Source of the DNA: Phyllobates terribilis
Taxonomy: Eukaryota
Length of the DNA: 64,000 bases
Assembly: GCF_046119375.1 (NCBI RefSeq)
Contig: NW_027362772.1
Coordinates: 303,676,001-303,740,000, forward strand
Reading direction: 5' to 3'
A program made the position numbers and the translations under genes. The notes below the pieces were generated by a model. That model saw only the letters and a list, made by a program, of their open reading frames with translations, was not told the DNA's origin and ran no database searches. Shown one piece after another: positions 35,701-48,000 of this stretch (position 1 is the first letter of the stretch; every line of letters begins with the position of its first letter).

Positions 35701-38700
35701 TGTAATGTATGTACACAGTGACTGCACCAGCAGAATAGTGAGTGCAGCTCTGGAGTATAATACAGGATGTAACTCAGGATCAGTAATATAATGTATGTAC
35801 ACAGTGACTGCACCAGCAGAATAGTGAGTGCAGCTCTGGCGTATAATACAGGATGTAACTCAGGATCACTAATGTAATGTATGTACACAGTGACTGCACC
35901 AGCAGAATAGTGAGTGCAGCTCTGGAGTATAATACAGAATGTAACTCAGGATCAGTAATGTACTGTATGTACACAGTCACTGCACCAGCAGAATAGTGAG
36001 GGCAGCTCTGGGGTATAATACAGGATGTAACTCAGGATCAGTAATGTAATGTATGTACACAGTGACTGCACCAGCAGAATAGTGAGTGCAGCTCTGGAGT
36101 ATAATACAGGAGGTAACTCAGGATCAGTAATGTATGTGCACAGTGACTGCACCAGCAGAATAGTGAGTGCAGCTCTGGAGTATAATACAGGATGTAACTC
36201 AGGATCAGTAATGTAATGTATGTACACAGTGACTGCACCAGCAGAATAGTGAGTGCAGCTCTGGAGTATAATACAGGATGTAAACTCAGGATCAGTAATG
36301 TAATGTATGTACACAGTGACTGCACCAGCAGAATAGTGAATGCAGCGCTGGAGTATAATACAGGATGTAAACTCAGGATCAGTAATGCAATGTATGTACA
36401 CAGTGACTGCACCAGCAGAATAGTGAGTGCAGCTCTGGAGTATAATACAGGATGTAACTCAGGATCAGTAATGTAATGTATGTACACAGTCACTGCACCA
36501 GCAGAATAGTGAGTGCAGCTCCGGAGTATAATACAGATGTAACTCAGGATCAGTAATGTAATGTATGTACACAGTGATTGCACCAGCAGAATAGTGAGCG
36601 CAGCTCTGGAGTATAATACAGGATGTAACTCAGGATCAGTAATGTAATGTATGTACACAGTGACTGCACCAGCAGAATAGTGAGCGCAGCTCTGGAGTAT
36701 AATACAGGATGTAACTCAGGATCAGTAATGTAATGTATGTACACAGTGACTGCACCAGCAGAATAGTGAGTGCAGCTCTGGAGTATAATACAGAATGTAA
36801 CTCAGGATCAGTAATGTAATGTATATACATAATGACTGCACCAGCAGAATAGTGAGTGCAGCTCTGGAGTATAATACAGGATGTAACTCAGGATCAGTAA
36901 TGTAATGTATGTGCACAGTGACTGCACCAGCAGAATAGTGAGTGCAGCTCTGGAGTATAATACAGGAGGTAACTCAGGATCAGTAATGTAATGTATGTAC
37001 ACAGTGACTGCACCAGCAGAATAGTGAGTGCAGCTCTGAAGTATAATACAGGATGTAACTCAGGATCAGTAATGTAATGTATGTATACAGTGACTGCACC
37101 AGCAGAATAGTGAGTGCAGCTCTGGGGTATAATACAGGATGTAACTCAGGATCAGTAATGTAATGTATGTACACAGTGACTGCACCAGCAGAATAGTGAG
37201 TGCAGCTCTGGAGTATAATACAGGATGTAACTCAGGATCAGTAATGTAATGTATGTACACAGTGACTGCACCAGCAGAATAGTGAGTGCAGCTCTGGAGT
37301 ATAATACAGGATGTAACTCAGGATCAGTAATATAATGTATGTACACAGTGACTGCACCAGCAGAATAGTGAGTGCAGCTCTGGCGTATAATACAGGATGT
37401 AACTCAGGATCACTAATGTAATGTATGTACACAGTGACTGCACCAGCAGAATAGTGAGTGCAGCTCTGGAGTATAATACAGAATGTAACTCAGGATCAGT
37501 AATGTACTGTATGTACACAGTCACTGCACCAGCAGAATAGTGAGGGCAGCTCTGGGGTATAATACAGGATGTAACTCAGGATCAGTAATGTAATGTATGT
37601 ACACAGTGACTGCACCAGCAGAATAGTGAGTGCAGCTCTGGAGTATAATACAGGAGGTAACTCAGGATCAGTAATGTATGTGCACAGTGACTGCACCAGC
37701 AGAATAGTGAGTGCAGCTCTGGAGTATAATACAGGATGTAACTCAGGATCAGTAATGTAATGTATGTACACAGTGACTGCACCAGCAGAATAGTGAGTGC
37801 AGCTCTGGAGTATAATACAGGATGTAAACTCAGGATCAGTAATGTAATGTATGTACACAGTGACTGCACCAGCAGAATAGTGAATGCAGCGCTGGAGTAT
37901 AATACAGGATGTAAACTCAGGATCAGTAATGCAATGTATGTACACAGTGACTGCACCAGCAGAATAGTGAGTGCAGCTCTGGAGTATAATACAGGATGTA
38001 ACTCAGGATCAGTAATGTAATGTATGTACACAGTCACTGCACCAGCAGAATAGTGAGTGCAGCTCCGGAGTATAATACAGATGTAACTCAGGATCAGTAA
38101 TGTAATGTATGTACACAGTGATTGCACCAGCAGAATAGTGAGCGCAGCTCTGGAGTATAATACAGGATGTAACTCAGGATCAGTAATGTAATGTATGTAC
38201 ACAGTGACTGCACCAGCAGAATAGTGAGCGCAGCTCTGGAGTATAATACAGGATGTAACTCAGGATCAGTAATGTAATGTATGTACACAGTGACTGCACC
38301 AGCAGAATAGTGAGTGCAGCTCTGGAGTATAATACAGAATGTAACTCAGGATCAGTAATGTAATGTATATACATAATGACTGCACCAGCAGAATAGTGAG
38401 TGCAGCTCTGGAGTATAATACAGGATGTAACTCAGGATCAGTAATGTAATGTATGTGCACAGTGACTGCACCAGCAGAATAGTGAGTGCAGCTCTGGAGT
38501 ATAATACAGGATGTAACTCAGGATCAGTAATGTAATGTATGTACACAGTGACTGCACCAGCAGAATAGTGAGCGCAGCTCTGGAGTATAATGCAGGATGT
38601 AACTCAGGATCAGTAATGTAATGTATGTACACAGTGACTGCACCAGCAGAATAGTGAGGGCAGCTCTGGAGTGTAATACAGGAGGTAACTCAGGATCAGT

Positions 38701-41700
38701 AATGTAATGTATGTACACAGTGACTGCACCAGCAGAATAGTGAGTGCAGCTCTGGAGTATAATACAGGATGTAACTCAGGATCAGTAATGTAATGTATAT
38801 ACACAGTGACTGCACCAGCAGAATAGTGAGTGCAGCTCTGGAGTATAATGCAGGATGTAACTCAGGATCAGTAATGTAATGTATGTGCACAGTGACTGCA
38901 CCAGCAGAATAGTGAGTGCAGCTCTGGGGTATAATACAGGATGTAACTCAGGATCAGTAATGTAATGTATGTACACAGTGACTGCACCAGAAGAATAGTG
39001 AGTGCAGCTCTGGAGTATAATACAGGATGTAACTCAGGATCAGTAATGTAATGTATCTATACAGTGACTGCACCAGCAGAATAGTGAGTGCAGCTCTGGA
39101 GTATAATACAGGATGTAACTCAGGATCAGTAATGTAATGTATGTACACAGAGACTGCACCAGCAGAATAGTGAGTGCAGCTCCGGAGTGTAATACAGGAG
39201 GTAACTCAGGATCAGTAATGTAATGTATGTACACAGTGACTGCACCAGCAGAATAGTGAGTGCAGCTCTGGAGTATAATACAGGAGGTAACTCAGGATCA
39301 GTAATGTAATGTATGTACACAGTGACTGCACCAGAAGAATAGTGAGTGCAGCTCTGGAGTATAATACAAGATGTAACTCAGGATCAGTAATGTATGTACA
39401 CAGTGACTGCACCAGCAGAATAGTGAGTGCAGCTCTGAAGTATAATACAGGATGTAACTCAGGATCAGTAATGTAATGTATGTATACAGTGACTGCACCA
39501 GCAGAATAGTGAGTGCAGCTCTGGGGTATAATACAGGATGTAACTCAGGATCAGTAATGTAATGTATGTACACAGTGACTGCACCAGCAGAATAGTGAGT
39601 GCAGCTCTGGAGTATAATACAGGATGTAACTCAGGATCAGTAATGTATGTATACAGTGACTGCACCAGCAGAATAGTGAATGCAGCTCTGGAGTATAATA
39701 CAGGATGTAACTCAGGATCAGTAATGTATGTACACAGTGACTGCACCAGCAGAATAGTGAGTGCAGCTCTGGAGTATAATACAGGAGGTAACTCAGGATC
39801 AGTAATGTAATGTATGTATACAGTGAATGCAGCGCTGGAGTATAATACAGGATGTAACTCAGGATCAGTAATGTAATGTATGTACACAGTGACTGCACCA
39901 GCAGAATAGTGAGTGCAGCTCTGGAGTATAATACAGGATGTAACTCAGGATCAGTAATATAATGTATGTACACACAGACTGCACCAGCAGAATAGTGAGT
40001 GCAGCTCTGGAGTGTAATACAGGAGGTAACTCAGGATCAGTAATGTATGTACACAGTGACTGCACCAGCAGAATAGGGAGTGCAGCTCTGGAGTATAATA
40101 CAGGAGGTAACTCAGGATCAGTAATGTAATGTATGTACACAGTGACTGCACCAGCAGAATAGTGAGTGCAGCTCTGGAGTATAATACAAGATGTAACTCA
40201 GGATCAGTAATGTAATGTATGTACACAGTGACTGCACCAGCAGAATAGTGAGTGCAGCTCTGGAGGATAATACAGGATGTAGCTCAGGATCAGTAATGTA
40301 ATGTATGTGCACAGTGACTGCACCAGCAGAATAGTGAGTGCAGCTCTGGAGTATAATACAGGATGTAACTCAGGATCAGTAATGTATGTATACAGTGACT
40401 GCACCAGCAGAATAGTGAATGCAGCTCTGGAGTATAATACAGGATGTAACTCAGGATCAGTAATGTATGTACACAGTGACTGCACCAGCAGAATAGTGAG
40501 TGCAGCTCTGGAGTATAATACAGGAGGTAACTCAGGATCAGTAATGTATGTACACAGTGACTGCACCAGCAGAATAGTGAGTGCAGCTCTGGAGTATAAT
40601 ACAGGAGGTAACTCAGGATCAGTAATATAATGTATGTACACACAGACTGCACCAGCAGAATAGTGAGTGCAGCTCTGGAGTGTAATACAGGAGGTAACTC
40701 AGGATCAGTAATGTAATGTATGTACACAGTGACTGCACCAGCAGAATAGTGAGTGCAGCTCTGGAGTATAATACAAGATGTAACTCAGGATCAGTAATGT
40801 ATGTGCACAGTGACTGCACCAGCAGAATAGGGAGTGCAGCTCTGGAGTATAATACAGGAGGTAACTCAGGATCAGTAATGTAATGTATGTACACAGTGAC
40901 TGCACCAGCAGAATAGTGAGTGCAGCTCTGGAGTATAATACAAGATGTAACTCAGGATCAGTAATGTAATGTATGTACACAGTGACTGCACCAGCAGAAT
41001 AGTGAGTGCAGCTCTGGAGGATAATACAGGATGTAGCTCAGGATCAGTAATGTAATGTATGTGCACAGTGACTGCACCAGCAGAATAGTGAGTGCAGCTC
41101 TGGAGTATAATACAGGAGGTAACTCAGGATCAGTAATGTAATGTATGTACACAGTGACTGCACCAGCAGAATAGTGAGTGCAGCTCTGAAGTATAATACA
41201 GGATGTAACTCAGGATCAGTAATGTAATGTATGTATACAGTGACTGCACCAGCAGAATAGTGAGTGCAGCTCTGGGGTATAATACAGGATGTAACTCAGG
41301 ATCAGTAATGTAATGTATGTACACAGTGACTGCACCAGCAGAATAGTGAGTGCAGCTCTGGAGTATAATACAGGATGTAACTCAGGATCAGTAATGTAAT
41401 GTATGTACACAGTGACTGCACCAGCAGAATAGTGAGTGCAGCTCTGGAGTATAATACAGGATGTAACTCAGGATCAGTAATATAATGTATGTACACAGTG
41501 ACTGCACCAGCAGAATAGTGAGTGCAGCTCTGGCGTATAATACAGGATGTAACTCAGGATCACTAATGTAATGTATGTACACAGTGACTGCACCAGCAGA
41601 ATAGTGAGTGCAGCTCTGGAGTATAATACAGAATGTAACTCAGGATCAGTAATGTACTGTATGTACACAGTCACTGCACCAGCAGAATAGTGAGGGCAGC

Positions 41701-44089
41701 TCTGGGGTATAATACAGGATGTAACTCAGGATCAGTAATGTAATGTATGTACACAGTGACTGCACCAGCAGAATAGTGAGTGCAGCTCTGGAGTATAATA
41801 CAGGAGGTAACTCAGGATCAGTAATGTATGTGCACAGTGACTGCACCAGCAGAATAGTGAGTGCAGCTCTGGAGTATAATACAGGATGTAACTCAGGATC
41901 AGTAATGTAATGTATGTACACAGTGACTGCACCAACAGAATAGTGAATGCAGCGCTGGAGTATAATACAGGATGTAACTCAGGATCAGTAATGTAATGTA
42001 TGTACACAGTGACTGCACCAGGAGAATAGTGAGTGCAGCTCTGGAGTATAATACAGGATGTAACTCAGGATCAGTAATGTATGTATACAGTGACTGCACC
42101 AGCAGAATAGTGAATGCAGCTCTGGAGTATAATACAGGATGTAACTCAGGATCAGTAATGTATGTACACAGTGACTGCACCAGCAGAATAGTGAGTGCAG
42201 CTCTGGAGTATAATACAGGATGTAACTCAGGATCAGTAATGTAATGTATGTACACAGTGACTGCACCAGCAGAATAGTGAGTGCAGCTCTGGAGTATAAT
42301 ACAGGATGTAAACTCAGGATCAGTAATGTAATGTATGTACACAGTGACTGCACCAGCAGAATAGTGAATGCAGCGCTGGAGTATAATACAGGATGTAAAC
42401 TCAGGATCAGTAATGCAATGTATGTACACAGTGACTGCACCAGCAGAATAGTGAGTGCAGCTCTGGAGTATAATACAGGATGTAACTCAGGATCAGTAAT
42501 GTAATGTATGTACACAGTCACTGCACCAGCAGAATAGTGAGTGCAGCTCCGGAGTATAATACAGATGTAACTCAGGATCAGTAATGTAATGTATGTACAC
42601 AGTGATTGCACCAGCAGAATAGTGAGCGCAGCTCTGGAGTATAATACAGGATGTAACTCAGGATCAGTAATGTAATGTATGTACACAGTGACTGCACCAG
42701 CAGAATAGTGAGTGCAGCTCTGGAGTATAATACAGGATGTAACTCAGGATCAGTAATGTAATGTATGTACACAGTGACTGCACCAGCAGAATAGTGAGCG
42801 CAGCTCTGGGGTATAATACAGATGTAACTCAGGATCAGTAATGTAATGTATGTACACAGTGACTGCACCAGCAGAATAGTGAGTGCAGCTCCGGAGTATA
42901 ATACAGGAGGTAACTCAGGATCAGTAATGTAATGTATGTACACAGTGACTGCACCAGCAGAATAGTGAGTGCAGCTCTGGAGTATAATACAGAATGTAAC
43001 TCAGGATCAGTAATGTATGTACACAGTGACTGCACCAGCAGAATAGTGAGTGCAGCTCTGGAGTATAATACAGGAGGTAACTCAGGATCAGTAATGTAAT
43101 GTATGTACACAGTGACTGCACCAGCAGAATAGTGAGTGCAGCTCTGGGGTATAATACAGGATGTAACTCAGGATCAGTAATGTAATGTATGTACACAGTG
43201 ACTGCACCAGCAGAATAGTGAGTGCAGCTGTGGAGTATAATACAGGATGCAACTCAGGATCAGTAATGTATGTGCACAGTGACTGTACCAGCAGAATAGT
43301 GAGTGCAGCTCTGGAGTATAATACAGGATGTAACTCAGGATCAGTAATGTATGTACACAGTAACTGCACCAGCAGAATAGTGAGTGCAGCTCTGGAGTAT
43401 AATACAGGATGTAACTCAGGATCAGTAATGTATGTACACAGTGACTGCACCAGCAGAATAGTGAGTGCAGCTCTGGAGTATAATACAGGATGTAGCTCAG
43501 GATCAGTAATGTAATGTATGTGCACAGTGACTGCACCAGCAGAATAGTGAGTGCAGCTCTGGAGTATAATACAGGAGGTAACTCAGGATCAGTAATGTAA
43601 TGTATGTACACAGTGACTGCACCAGCAGAATAGTGAGTGCAGCTCTGGAGTATAATACAGGATGTAACTCAGGATCAGTAATGTAATGTATGCACACAGT
43701 GACTGCACCAGCAGAATAGTGAGTGCAGCTCTGGAGTATAATACAGGATGTAACTCAGGGTCAGTAATGTAATGTATGTACACAGTGACTGCACCAGCAG
43801 AATAGTGAGTGCAGCTCTGGAGTATAATACAGGATGTAACTCAGGATCAGTAATATAATGTATGTACACAGTGACTGCACCAGCAGAATAGTGAGTGCAG
43901 CTCTGGAGTATAATACAGGATGTAACTCAGGATCACTAATGTAATGTATGTACACAGTGACTGCACCAGCAGAATAGTGAGTGCAGCTCTGGAGTATAAT
44001 ACAGGATGTAACTCAGGGTCACTAATGTAATGCATGTACACAGTGACTGCACCAGCAGAATAGTGAGTGCAGCTCTGGAGTATAATACA
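32757..44089 (+). repeat. 86-bp satellite array (~11.3 kb, ~130 units; 81-bp deletion variant interspersed) between mfn2 and miip
   Basis: Unit GTGAGTGCAGCTCTGGAGTATAATACAGGATGTAACTCAGGATCAGTAATGTAATGTATGTACACAGTGACTGCACCAGCAGAATA; ORF-track hits recur every 86 bp. Confidence 0.99.
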
Positions 44090-44189
44090 TGTCTTTGCTA
44101 TTATTGGATTCCAGGCGGAGGGTTGCTGTTGCTATAGCTGTTGTCGCTCTGCGTACTGTACTTACAGCGTTCAGTGATTGACAGCTGAG

Positions 44190-44290
44190 TCGGTTGCTAT
44201 GGTGACTGATGAAGCGTTGTCTTCACTCAACGCGGGAACAGACGCGGCTTTAATTTGACCAATCAGCGGTGTCTCCATTGGTCACGTGAG
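44190..44290 (+). promoter_or_regulatory. miip promoter: RFX X-box, two CCAAT boxes, E-box
   Basis: GTTGCTATGGTGAC at 44193-44206; CCAAT at 44259-44263; ATTGG at 44277-44281; GTCACGTGA at 44281-44289; CpG-rich ~44220-44520. Confidence 0.7.
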
Positions 44291-44399
44291 GAGTAGCCCA
44301 ATTCCTTTTAAAGTGGCAATTCTTCCCAGCACACTGTGTATCACCACACCTAGAGACAAACGTCGCCACTTTAAGAATCGCTGTATTGCGTTGCATAAC

Positions 44400-44534
44400 C
44401 TGCAGGGGGCGCTGGGTGACAGTGACCAGCGGTTGAGCCGCCGGATACCGGACATCCCCGGCGATTGTGCGGCGGGAGCCGGGAGGAGGCCGTATGAGGT
44501 CCCGGGGGATTGAAGACAGGTCCATGTGTATCAG
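44400..44534 (+). other. miip: Candidate miip non-coding exon 1 (boundaries approximate)
   Basis: CpG-rich segment downstream of the promoter motifs; candidate donor TCAG|GTAGTG at 44535. The ATG exon has its own acceptor at 44882, so an upstream exon is required. Confidence 0.4.
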
Positions 44535-44919
44535 GTAGTGAGCTCCGGGGACACGTGTCCACTGCAGGCCCGCTGCATGCTGGGTAGTAATTAAAGGGCT
44601 TATCCATCTGGGATCAGTGCACAACATCTGGTATCCCAGGATCCTCTGCGGCCACTTCTTAGTTACAGTATGTTACTTGGAATATCTGGTAATGTCCAGT
44701 ATGGCGGTCTCCCAGCTACCACCTGTGTGTCTGCTCCCAGGAGACTGTGATGTCAGGGGAAGCTGATGGATCTGTGCTGGTGAACTACAACTCCCAGCAT
44801 GACTATTTGCATCTCGTTTGGGGGTGATCTGCAGCTGACACATATCAGTGATGGTGACGCGATGCCGTCCTGTGATTTACAGATGGAGACGTCCGGATAC
44901 TGATCAGAAGTAATAGAAA

Positions 44920-45036
44920 ATGTCCTCCGAGCGCCTGGACGAGCTGCGGAGTCTGAACAAGTCTCTATTAAAGAAGCTGAATGTGAACCGGGAGGAGCTG
45001 AAGAAGCAGCAGCTATTCACCGACAGCAACATCACA
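44920..45036 (+). CDS. miip: miip coding exon 1 (MSSERLDELRSLNKSLLKKL...SNIT)
   Basis: Acceptor tttacag at 44882; ATG at 44920; donor ACA|gtgagt. Resembles the human N-terminal helix EELAQLRLLNLELL. Confidence 0.85.
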
Positions 45037-48000
45037 GTGAGTTATACCCTCCTGTATCACCATCTGCACTCACTATTCTGCTGGTGCAGTCACTGTGTAC
45101 ATACATTACATTACTGATCCTGAGTTACATCCTGTATTATACTCCAGAGCTGCACTCACTATTCTGCTGGTGCAGTCACTGTGTACATACATTATATTAC
45201 TGATCCTGAGTTACATCCTGTATTATACTCCAGAGCTGCACTCACTATTCTGCTGGTGCAGTCACTGTGTACATACATTACATTACTGATCCTGAGTTAC
45301 ATCCTGTATTATACTCCAGAGCTGCACTCACTATTCTGCTGGTGCAGTCACTGTGTACATACATTACATTATTGATCCTGAGTTACATCCTGTATTATAC
45401 TCCAGAGCTGCACTCACTATTCTGCTGGTGCAGTCACTGTGTACATACATTACATTACTGATCCTGAGTTACATCCTGTATTATACTCCAGAGCTGCACT
45501 CACTATGCTGCTGGTGCAGTCACTGTGTACATACATTACATTACTGATCCTGAGTTACATCCTGTATTATACTCCAGAGCTGCACTCACTATGCTGTTGA
45601 TGGAGTCACTGTGCACTTACATTACATTACTGATCCTGAGTTACATCCTGTATTATACTTCAGAGCTGCACTCACTATTCTGCTGGTGCAGTCACTGTGT
45701 ACATACATTACATTACTGATCCTGAGTTACATCCTGTATTATACTCCAGAGCTGCACTCACTATTCTGCTGGTGCTGTCACTGTGTACATACATTAAATT
45801 ACTGATCCTGAGTTACATCCTGTATTATACTCCAGAGCTGCACTCACTATTCTGCTGCTGCAGTCACTGTGTACATACATTACATTACCGATCCTGAGTT
45901 ACCTCCTGTATTATACTCCAGAGCTGCGCTCACTATTCTGCAAGTGCAGTCACTGTGTACATACATTACTGATCCTGAATTACCTCTTGTATTATACTCC
46001 AGAGCTGCGCTCACTATTCTGCAAGTGCAGTCACTGTGTACATACATTACTGATCCTGAATTACCTCTTGTATTATACTCCAGAGCTGCACTCACTATTC
46101 TGCTGGTGCAGTCACTGTACATACATTACTGATCCTGAGTTACATCCTGTAGTATACTCCAGAGCTGCACTCACTATTCTGCTGGTGCTGTCACTGTGTA
46201 CATACATTACATTACTGATCCTGAGTTACCTCCTGTATTATACTCCAGAGCTGCGCTCACTATTCTGCTTGTGCAGTCACTGTGTACATACATTACTGAT
46301 CCGGAGTTACATCCTGTATTATACTCCAGAGCTGCACTCACTATTCTGCTGGTGCAGTCACTGTGTACATACATTACATTACTGATCCTGAGTTACCTCC
46401 TGTATTATACTCCAGAGCTGCACTCACTATTCTGCTGCTGCAGTCACTGTGTACATACATTACATTACTGATCCTGAGTTACCTCCTGTATTATACTCCA
46501 GAGCTGCGCTCACTATTCTGCTTGTGCAGTCACTGTGTACATACATTACTGATCCTGAGTTACATCCTGTATTATACTCCAGAGCTGCACTCACTATTCT
46601 GCTGGTGCAGTCACTGTGTACATACATTACATTACTGATCCTGAGTTACATCCTGTATTATACTCCAGAGCTGCGCTCACTATTCTGCTTGTGCAGTCAC
46701 TGTGTACATACATTACTGATCCTGAGTTACCTCCTGTATTATACTCCAGAGCTGCGCTCACTATTCTGCTTGTGCAGTCACTGTGTACATACATTACTGA
46801 TCCTGAGTTACATCCTGTATTATACTCCAGAGCTGCACTCACTATTCTGCTGGTGCAGTCACTGTGTACATACATTACATTACTGATCCTGAGTTACATC
46901 CTGTATTATACTCCAGAGCTGCGCTCACTATTCTGCTTGTGCAGTCACTGTGTACATACATTACTGATCCTGAGTTACCTCCTGTATTATACTCCAGAGC
47001 TGCGCTCACTATTCTGCTGGTGCAGTCACTGTGTACATACATTACATTACTGATCCTGAGTTACATCCTGTATTATACTCCAGAGCTGCACTCACTATTC
47101 TGCTGGTGCAGTCACTGTGTACATACACTACATTACTGATCCTGAGTTACATCCTGTATTATACTCCAGAGCTGCACTCACTATTCTGCTGGTGCAGTCA
47201 CTGTGTACATACATTACTGATCCTGAGTTACATCCTGTATTATATTCCAGAGCTGCACTCACTATTCTGCTGGTGCAGTCACTGTGTACATACATTACAT
47301 TACTGATCCTGAGTTACCTCCTGTATTATACTCCAGAGCTGCGCTCACTATTCTGCTTGTGCAGTCACTGTGTACATACATTACTGTACACAGTAATCGG
47401 GTTTCCATGTCCCATTAGATCCAACAGCAAGCGGCAGAGCTCTTAAGGTATATTCTAGGCTGTTCCTGTGAGTTACACCCTCGCCTACAGGGCGGGGGTC
47501 AGGGTGTCTGCTACACATATAGGCTTCTTGGAGAAAAGCAGCTTATAATCTTGTCAGCTGCAAGGGCTGATAACAGAGAACTGCAGCTGCACAACAAATG
47601 CCGATACTCCCAGCTTTAGCTTTATCAGTGTTTTAATGCACTTTTGTTCATTGGATTCTCTTATTTTTTGCATCTTTCTTCATGCAGAGCTGCAAACCTA
47701 CAACGACACTGGCCGGATCTCGGAGCGGTCAGGATCCAGCTCTGCAGACCTTGCAAGGTTCATCCTCCGCTGCCAGGAAAGCCTTGTGTACCCCCAAGAC
47801 CTCCCATCCTAGGGGGCCTCACCCACACGGTGCGTCCGTAGTGATTCTTGGGGGGTCCGGACACAGGGGGCGCTCTGCTCTGGACGTTATTAGGGTGAAC
47901 TCTCCAGTGAAACGCGTCAGTATCCTGAACTCCACAATGATTGACCCCAAATCTGACGCTTCGGGGGACACAAGGGATTTTCCTGCTCAGTATATCGACC

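Noticed and set aside
32757-44089. CRISPR-like regular repeat
   Set aside because: Units are head-to-tail with no unique spacers, there are no cas genes, and the context is a spliced vertebrate locus. The same applies to the 19-, 23-, 29-, 35- and 49-bp arrays.
32724-47446. More than 150 near-identical ORFs (MYIHYITDPELHPVLYSRAAL... / MYVHSDCTSRIVSAALEYN...)
   Set aside because: They are translations of the 86/81-bp satellite, they switch strand with array orientation, and they have no gene structure.
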